Shown piece by piece: positions 34,670-41,411 of a DNA stretch of 47,721 bases (position 1 is its first letter; each line of letters begins with the position of its first letter). The position numbers and the translations under genes were made by a program. Source of the DNA: an uncultured Gammaproteobacteria bacterium (GTDB lineage Bacteria > Patescibacteriota > Patescibacteriia > UBA1558 > S5-K13); the NCBI GenBank assembly GCA_964634645.1, contig CAZWKI010000002.1, positions 266-47,986 on the forward strand, read 5' to 3'. The notes under the pieces are model-generated. The model searched no databases, was not told the DNA's origin, and worked only from the letters and a program-made list of their open reading frames with translations.

Positions 34670-34720
34670 TAACCAACTGCCTGTCCGCCATAGCGTAGCG
34701 AAGGCGGAAGCCACAAGCCC
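34670..34720 (-). pseudogene. tRNA-Ala 5' fragment (positions 1-22) with a 29-nt hairpin insert (34680-34708) after position 12
   Basis: AGCCACAAGCCC and TAACCAACTG match the real gene on either side of CCTGTCCGCCATAGCGTAGCGAAGGCGGA. Confidence 0.75.
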
Positions 34721-34765
34721 TTAATATTTTTATATTAATTTACTAATTTTAAATATTACTAAATT

Positions 34766-34850
34766 TGGTGCCCGGAAGAGGACTCGAACCTCCAAGCCAC
34801 AAAGGCACATGCACCTCAAGCATGCGCGTATACCATTCCGCCATCCGGGC
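34766..34850 (-). tRNA. tRNA-Leu(GAG)
   Basis: 85 nt, long variable arm, loop TTGAGGT. Confidence 0.9.
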
Positions 34851-34865
34851 TTGGATTTTCAAAAA

Positions 34866-35195
34866 TTAAATAGAAATTTTTTTAAGTCTTTTCTTGTAAT
34901 TTCTAAGATAATATAGCTTTGATTTATTGGATTTTATCTTGCTTTTTATTTCAATTTTCTCTACTAATGGAGAATTAATTGGATATATTTTTTCAACACC
35001 AACTCCATTTGAAACTTTTCGAACTGTAATTGTTGCTCCAAATTCTTTTCCGTGTTTTCTTGCAATTACAATGCCTTCAAAAATCTGTATTCTTTGTTTT
35101 TCTTCTCCCTTTGCATTTTTCTCTTTAATTTTTTCATGAACCCTTACAACCATACCTGGTTTTATATCAAGTTCTTGCTGTTTTTCTTTTGTCAT
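34866..35195 (-). CDS. rplS: 50S ribosomal protein L19
   Basis: [15 protein letters not shown]....TITVRK...[11 protein letters not shown]. Confidence 0.9.
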   Translation of the reverse strand: MTKEKQQELDIKPGMVVRVHEKIKEKNAKGEEKQRIQIFEGIVIARKHGKEFGATITVRKVSNGVGVEKIYPINSPLVEKIEIKSKIKSNKSKLYYLRNYKKRLKKISI

Positions 35196-35256
35196 AAATT
35201 TAAAAATAAATATTATACTTTACAAATATTAAAGGAAAATGGGAATTATGTCAAGA

Positions 35257-36015
35257 TTATTTAATATTATTATATATATTTTTTGCTATTTCTAGTTCTT
35301 CCTGTGTATTTACGCCTATCATTTCAAGATTGTTTGAAACAATCAAATTGTTTAATTTTATCCCCTGTTTATGTGAAAGCTCAACAAGCTCTGTAATATA
35401 ATACTCTTTTTGATTATTGTTGTTATTTATATAATCTAAATTATCCCAAAGCCAAGAATCTTTAATACAATAAATAGAAGGATTCACTTCTTTGATGTTT
35501 TTTTCTTCTTCGCTAGCATCTTTGAATTCTTGTAATTTAACAATTTCTTCTTTTTCATCTCTTATTATTCGTCCAAAGTTGTAATAATTTTTATTTATAT
35601 TTTCAAAATCATTTAATTTTAGTGTTGCCATTGTAAAAATAGAATTATCTTTATCGTGAATTTCTAAAATTTTATTTATCGTTTCAATCGATACAAAAGG
35701 CAAATCACCACACAAAATTAAATAATTATCATATTTTCCTTTTAAAATTTCTTTGCACTGTTTTATGGCGTGTCCCGTTCCAAGCTGTTCTTTTTGCAAA
35801 ATATAATTGTATTCATTGCCAAGTTTGTCTATAACATCTTCACCCTTAAAACCAATTACTATGTAAACATCCTTTGGTTTTTTTATTTTCTTAATAGTGT
35901 TTAATAAATTTTCGATTAAAGAAATTCCATTGAGCTTTGTCAAAACCTTTGGAATATCTTGGTTCATCCTCTTTCCTTTTCCAGCGGCTAAAATTATCAA
36001 AGCAGTCTTTTGCAT
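35257..36015 (-). CDS. sugar-phosphate nucleotidyltransferase (GlmU N-terminal-like)
   Basis: ILAAGKGKRM ... LGTGHA motifs. Confidence 0.8.
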   Translation of the reverse strand: MQKTALIILAAGKGKRMNQDIPKVLTKLNGISLIENLLNTIKKIKKPKDVYIVIGFKGEDVIDKLGNEYNYILQKEQLGTGHAIKQCKEILKGKYDNYLILCGDLPFVSIETINKILEIHDKDNSIFTMATLKLNDFENINKNYYNFGRIIRDEKEEIVKLQEFKDASEEEKNIKEVNPSIYCIKDSWLWDNLDYINNNNNQKEYYITELVELSHKQGIKLNNLIVSNNLEMIGVNTQEELEIAKNIYNNIK

Positions 36016-36046
36016 AATTTGATTTTATTTTTTATATGTAAAGAAA

Positions 36047-37078
36047 TTAATCTTCAAGTAAAAACATTCTTGCTGTCTCTTCCGTTATTAACTCATTTTC
36101 ATAAAGTTCTTTGATTGATTGTTTCATTGTAACCATTCCTCTATCTGCGCTTGTTTGCAATACCGTTTTTATTTGTGGGATTTTGTTTTCTCTTATTATA
36201 TTAGAAACAGCTGGTGTATTTATCAAAATTTCTCTTGCCGCAATCATTCCTCCGCCAATCTTTGGCAATAACAATTGAGCAATAACACCCGTTAAAACCA
36301 TTGAAAATTGAAGTCTTACCTGATCTTGCTGATGAGATGGAAAAACGTCAACAATTCTATCTATAACCTGTGCTGCGTCGGGAGTATGAAGTGTTGCCAA
36401 AACCAAATGTCCTGTTTCAGCAAGTGTAAGTGTTGAAGCAATTGTTTCAAGGTCTCTCATCTCTCCAACCATGATAACATTTGGGTCTTGTCTTAAAACA
36501 CGTTTCAAACCTTCTGCGAAACTAAGCATATCAGAACCAAGCTCTCTTTGAACTATAAGACTCTTTGATTTTGGAAATAAATATTCTATTGGATCTTCAA
36601 GTGTAATGATTGAGCATGCCTTGTTGTTATTTATATAATTTATCATCGCGGCAAGACTAGTAGACTTTCCACATCCAGTTGGACCTGTTACCAAAATAAG
36701 TCCCTGCTTTTGCATTATCATTTTTTTTATAATCTCATCTCCTAAACCAAGGCTGTCTAATTCTGGAATATCTTTTATAATTATTCTTGCAACCAAACTT
36801 GCATTATCTTTTTCCCAAAATAAATTTATTCTAAATCTTCCTAACTTGTTTATCTCATAAGAAATATCTAATTCTTTTTTTTCTTGAAATTCTTTTTTCT
36901 GACCAATAGTTAAAATACTATCAATCATTTTTTTATTTTCTGTAGAGGAAATTTCCTCACAGTCTTCTATTCTTACTAATTCTCCGTCAACTCTTATAAT
37001 TGGTTTGTGTCCTACTATAAGATGTAAGTCAGATGCTTTTTGTTCAACAGAAATTTTTAACAGTGAATTTAATTCCAT
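36047..37078 (-). CDS. pilT: twitching-motility/retraction ATPase PilT
   Basis: ASDLHL, Walker A GPTGCGKST, VGEMRD, ATLHT. Confidence 0.9.
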   Translation of the reverse strand: MELNSLLKISVEQKASDLHLIVGHKPIIRVDGELVRIEDCEEISSTENKKMIDSILTIGQKKEFQEKKELDISYEINKLGRFRINLFWEKDNASLVARIIIKDIPELDSLGLGDEIIKKMIMQKQGLILVTGPTGCGKSTSLAAMINYINNNKACSIITLEDPIEYLFPKSKSLIVQRELGSDMLSFAEGLKRVLRQDPNVIMVGEMRDLETIASTLTLAETGHLVLATLHTPDAAQVIDRIVDVFPSHQQDQVRLQFSMVLTGVIAQLLLPKIGGGMIAAREILINTPAVSNIIRENKIPQIKTVLQTSADRGMVTMKQSIKELYENELITEETARMFLLED

Positions 37079-37137
37079 TTTTTTATTTTTAATTATTTTA
37101 ATTATTTAAAAAACCTATTAACAACATACTGAAATCT

Positions 37138-37158
37138 ACCTACCTGCCGGCAGGCAGG
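37138..37158. repeat. 21-nt palindromic mini-element ACCTACCTGCCGGCAGGCAGG flanked by AAATCT/AAATCT
   Basis: Perfect 6-nt direct repeats at 37132-37137 and 37159-37164. Confidence 0.7.
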
Positions 37159-37311
37159 AAATCTGAAAACTAAGCTACTAAGATTATTGTATCATTTTTT
37201 TGTAAAAAAAGTAATCGCATTTTAATTTTAAAAAATAAAAAACATTATTTCTTAAAAAGTCTGTGTTTTACCAAAAATTATTTTAACCTGTTTTTAATTT
37301 CAATAAAAGAC

Positions 37312-37416
37312 TTATCAACATGTTAAATTTTTATTAAAGACATCAAAAACGAATAAAATAAGCGTTCTATAATAGTTATCCACAGAATAAACAACATATG
37401 CACAGGGTTATCCACA
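37312..37416 (+). promoter_or_regulatory. DnaA-box cluster (candidate oriC or DnaA-regulated region)
   Basis: TTATCCACA at 37376-37384 and 37408-37416, TTATCAACA at 37312-37320, ATATGCACA at 37396-37404. All share one orientation. An AT-rich tract follows. Confidence 0.5.
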
Positions 37417-38005
37417 GATATACTTGACTATATGATTATATTATGTTTTAATATATTTACATTATAAATCAATTTTTTATTTATTTTAAGCCAAAAAATA
37501 AGAACTATTAGCACTATTGACCCCGTTGATAAAAAGTGCTATAATTATTATATATAGAAAAATATTGCAAATTATCCTTCTTGTCGAAAAACAAAAACAA
37601 AAACATAAAAAGTTTATTTCCTGCCAAAAAGGTGAGAATAGACAAAATATCGAAAAAGAAAGACAATTTGCATGGAGAATGCTTCTCGCCTAAGAATGAA
37701 ATTGGTAATTATTAAGCTAAAAAGCTTGATAATAGGCCTAAAGTTGGGGAGTGCAACTCCCTAGAAAAAAACCTTCTGGGGAGTTTTTGTTTTGATACTA
37801 TAATTACCAAACATCAAAAAGTCTAAAAATAAAGCGCTTTTAAATAAAAACGTAAATATACAGACATGAAAAAACAACACTTCGGGGCGAGATTATAAAC
37901 TTTAAAATCTAAATATTAGTTTATTTAAGCCAAAATATAACAAAATTTTCATGACCACCATGACTCTTCGCTAAATTTGACAATAACTATTCAAAAATGA
38001 TCAAT

Positions 38006-38021
38006 TGTTCCACGTGGAACA
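38006..38021. promoter_or_regulatory. 16-bp perfect palindrome TGTTCCACGTGGAACA (operator-like)
   Basis: An identical copy lies at 38635-38650. Confidence 0.6.
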
Positions 38022-38095
38022 TTTTAAAAAATTCAAACAAAGCGAATAAAACATTTTAAAAAATAAAAGGATCTATTATATTACAAATAAATCCT

Positions 38096-38527
38096 CTATC
38101 TTACCTTGAATTTTTTTCTCAAAAAATCCATTATGATTCCATATGGATAACCAACAAATGCATTTCCCAATATTACAACTCCCAAAGCTTTTGCTGCTTG
38201 ATTTGCATTAACCCCTGATACGTATAAAACTATTAAATATAAAGATCCTCCTATAAAAACTGAACTTAGCGTATTCAAAGCCCAATACTTAAAGTTTTCG
38301 CCTTTTTTATATTTAAATAATTGCAAAACCACGTCTCTTATCATACCGTATGGTCTAGATGTTATAAGCCTAACAAGTAAAGCCAGAAATCTGGAGCTCA
38401 ATATTTGCTCAAATGACATTTGTGCTACAAACATTTCATTAAATATTCCTCCTGATATTGAAATAAAAACCCCGGGAAGAGTATCTGACAAATATATCTT
38501 AGCATTGTAAATTAATTTACTATTCAC
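38096..38527 (-). CDS. alaE: L-alanine exporter AlaE-family membrane protein
   Basis: MSFEQ..SSRF...RPYG..RD pattern resembling E. coli AlaE. GTG start preceded by TAGGAGGA. Confidence 0.7.
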   Translation of the reverse strand: MNSKLIYNAKIYLSDTLPGVFISISGGIFNEMFVAQMSFEQILSSRFLALLVRLITSRPYGMIRDVVLQLFKYKKGENFKYWALNTLSSVFIGGSLYLIVLYVSGVNANQAAKALGVVILGNAFVGYPYGIIMDFLRKKFKVR

Positions 38528-38634
38528 TTAATCCTCCTAAATATTTTTATTTGACACATATTAACATATTGATAACGATAAAACAATACATTAAAAACCT
38601 TAATTGTTCCACCTGCCTCGCCAATGCCACAAAA

Positions 38635-38650
38635 TGTTCCACGTGGAACA
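38635..38650. promoter_or_regulatory. 16-bp palindrome TGTTCCACGTGGAACA in the alaE upstream region
   Basis: Half-sites AATTGTTCCAC (38602-38612) and GTGGAACAATT (38706-38716) are also present. Confidence 0.6.
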
Positions 38651-38759
38651 TTTCTATTATATAAATAAAACTATATAAAATTTCTGTGGCTTAGTCATTA
38701 CGGGCGTGGAACAATTGTATTTAATTTAAGTAAAAAATATTTGGGCTATTTTTAAAAAT

Positions 38760-39011
38760 TTATTTTTTACCTTTTATTCTTTTTGAAATCTTTGCAATTG
38801 TACGAGAACTAATATTTATTTGTTTTTGTATTTTGATATAAGAAATATTTTGTTTTAATAATTTTGAAACATAAAATCGATTTGCAAATTCGTTTATTTC
38901 ATTTTGTGAAAAAAATTTATCAAAAAATTGCCTCAGGTCTTTTTTATTTTTAAATTTTAGAAAATTTTTATAAAAATTATTTATTTCTATTTTTTTATTA
39001 TTCTTTTGCAT
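38760..39011 (-). CDS. TrpR/YerC-like small helix-turn-helix regulator
   Basis: EINEFANRFYVSKLL..NISYIKIQKQINISSRTIAKISK. Confidence 0.65.
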   Translation of the reverse strand: MQKNNKKIEINNFYKNFLKFKNKKDLRQFFDKFFSQNEINEFANRFYVSKLLKQNISYIKIQKQINISSRTIAKISKRIKGKK

Positions 39012-39124
39012 ATTTGTATCACTTTACCTAAGTAAAGTATAGCATATTAAAACAAAAACTAGAATATTTCTTTATATTATGTTAATTTTAAATTATATTT
39101 ACACTAATAAATTAATTTAAAAAT

Positions 39125-39994
39125 ATGAAATCTTTTGAAACAAATGATCTGAATTTTAAAAAATCTTCTCAAAAAGAAATTCACATAAAGGCAAGAATAG
39201 AGTATCCATCAATATATCCAAAAAGATTTGAAGTACCTGATGAAAAAGTAGCTTGGGAAATAAATTACCCTGAATATAATCCAGAATATTTTGTAGCTCC
39301 AAAAGTTTTGGAAAATGATTATAGCAAAAAAGAAAACGGCTGGGCAGAACCAGAAGAAATTCCAAAAAACAAAATATCAGAATGGATTAATAAAAAAATA
39401 AATATTGATTCAAATGGTAGACCACTAAACCCATATGGAAGAACTGGTATTTGTGGAAGAGGATTGCTGGGTAGGTGGGGAGAAAACCCAGCAGCAGACC
39501 CAATAATTACAAGAATAAATCCCGATAATAAGGAACTTGAATTATTGGTCATCCAAAGAAAAGACAGTAAAGAAATAGCTCTTCCTGGCGGAATGGTAGA
39601 TAGAGAAGAAGATGTTATAGAAACCCTTCATAGAGAATTGTGGGAAGAAACGGGAATAGATTTAAAAAAAGAAAATATAAGCTTTAAGGATGGTGATCTT
39701 ATATATGATGGCTATGTTGATGATAGAAGAAACACTGATAACGCTTGGATGAAAACCACGGCAGTTCATTTACACATACCAAATGAAATAATAAGTAAAA
39801 TTATTCCAGTGGCTGGTGATGATGCTCAAGAAGCATTTTGGCTATCTTTAAAAAAAGAGTCAGTAGATAATTTTTATGCTAGTCACAGTGAATTAATAAT
39901 TAAAACATTGGAAAAATTTTATAATGATAAAAAAGATCCTTTAAGCGATAATATAAAAAAACAAATTGAGAAAATTTTAGAAGAAGCCAAATAA
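39125..39994 (+). CDS. NUDT9-like Nudix hydrolase (ADP-ribose pyrophosphatase type)
   Basis: GRTGICGRGLLGRWGENPAADP and the Nudix box GGMVDREEDVIETLHRELWEETG. Confidence 0.8.
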   Translation: MKSFETNDLNFKKSSQKEIHIKARIEYPSIYPKRFEVPDEKVAWEINYPEYNPEYFVAPKVLENDYSKKENGWAEPEEIPKNKISEWINKKINIDSNGRPLNPYGRTGICGRGLLGRWGENPAADPIITRINPDNKELELLVIQRKDSKEIALPGGMVDREEDVIETLHRELWEETGIDLKKENISFKDGDLIYDGYVDDRRNTDNAWMKTTAVHLHIPNEIISKIIPVAGDDAQEAFWLSLKKESVDNFYASHSELIIKTLEKFYNDKKDPLSDNIKKQIEKILEEAK

Positions 39995-40145
39995 AAATCA
40001 AAACTTAATAAATCTATTTAAATAAAGCCCCATTAAGCAGGGGATTTTATTTATAAACAGGGCACACTAAAAGAGTTGGAACATGACTTGACTAAAATAT
40101 TTTTTTGTTATATGGTTTCATATTAAAAATCAAAAGGAGGATATC

Positions 40146-40526
40146 ATGAAACTTACATCTGAAAAAGTTGAAAACGTTTTTAATGATTGTCTTTTTAGGG
40201 AAGACGAGAACACAAGTAACCACATCAAGGCTGAGGGTATAATGCAAAGTGTCGGATTTCATCCCGACAGATTAAATAGTCACAAAGAAGAAATTATTGA
40301 ACTGCTCAATGAACTTCCGGAAGAATTTAAAAGATCTCGCGGTGGAGGTTGGTCTTTCTTGCAGGCATGTGTCGATAGAAATGGAAACCAATGGACAGAT
40401 CTACACTTAAGAATGGAGCAACTTTTCTTGCTTGGAATAGCGATTGGAATGGTTGTGTGCCAAACGCCTCGTTCAATATGGAAGGTTATGCCAGGTGGCA
40501 TGCCCCACTATGTTATTGAAAATTAA
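40146..40526 (+). CDS. hypothetical protein
   Basis: AAAGGAGGA Shine-Dalgarno sequence. Terminator at about 40538-40568. Confidence 0.6.
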   Translation: MKLTSEKVENVFNDCLFREDENTSNHIKAEGIMQSVGFHPDRLNSHKEEIIELLNELPEEFKRSRGGGWSFLQACVDRNGNQWTDLHLRMEQLFLLGIAIGMVVCQTPRSIWKVMPGGMPHYVIEN

Positions 40527-40630
40527 TTAAAACAATCTACCGCTAGTCTAAGGGCTAGTGGTTTTTTATAAAAAATTATTTTATATAAGATTCTAAATTT
40601 TAAAGTAAAAAATTATACATTGAAAATACT

Positions 40631-40705
40631 TGGTACCCTCGCTAGGAATTGAACCCAGATTTTATCCTTAGGACGGATCTGTTCTATCCGTTGAACTACG
40701 AGGGC
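40631..40705 (-). tRNA. tRNA-Arg(CCU)
   Basis: Reverse complement folds as a cloverleaf with loop GTCCTAA and TTCAATT. G1:U72 wobble. Confidence 0.8.
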
Positions 40706-40740
40706 ATATTGGTTTCAAATTTAAAAGGTCAAATGTAAAG

Positions 40741-40809
40741 TGTTCTATAAACAAACTTCTCGTCCCGCCGAAATTTTAATGAAGGCGGGATCCGTTGAAC
40801 TACGAGGGC
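40741..40809 (-). pseudogene. tRNA-Arg(CCU) 5' fragment (positions 1-27) with a 42-nt insert in the D-loop containing hairpin 40763-40790
   Basis: TCCGTTGAACTACGAGGGC and TGTTCTAT match the real gene on either side of the insert. Confidence 0.75.
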
Positions 40810-40914
40810 AATGTTAATTTCAAGTATTGAATTTTGAAATTTGAATTAATTGTACAATAAACTAATTATAAATTTAAATTCATCATTCGAAATTCATATT
40901 TCAAAATTGTTTAA

Positions 40915-40991
<77 letters not shown>

Positions 40992-41068
40992 ATAATGAAT
41001 TATCTAATTTAAAATTTTGAATTTTGAATTAAGTTCATCATTCGAAATTCATATTTCAAAATTATTTA

Positions 41069-41144
41069 ATGGTGGACTTGAGGGGACTCGAACCCCTGAC
41101 CCCCTGCATGCCATGCAGATGCGCTACCAACTGCGCCACAAGCC
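41069..41144 (-). tRNA. tRNA-Ala(GGC)
   Basis: G3:U70 pair, loop ATGGCAT, TTCGAGT, CCA. Confidence 0.85.
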
Positions 41145-41411
41145 CAAAATGTTTACTATTTTCTATTTTATAATTTTCAATTTCATAATACTAATATACA
41201 TTATATCATTTTCAAATCTATATCAATACTAAAAATTTGACTCTATTTGTAGAAGAGTTATAATTACGGGTGATGTTTTTCTTCTCGTTGAATGATTCAC
41301 CCAAAAACGTGAATCTGAGTTGAAAGGTGTCGCTATAAAGTCTTCTCTCACTTGCCTCCAGAAAAATTAATTCATTTAATTTTTCAAATAGGTGAGCGGG
41401 GGAAGATTTTT

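Noticed and set aside
41017-41232. 71-aa plus-strand ORF
   Set aside because: It runs straight through tRNA-Ala(GGC) and the AT-rich spacer, so it is an artefact.
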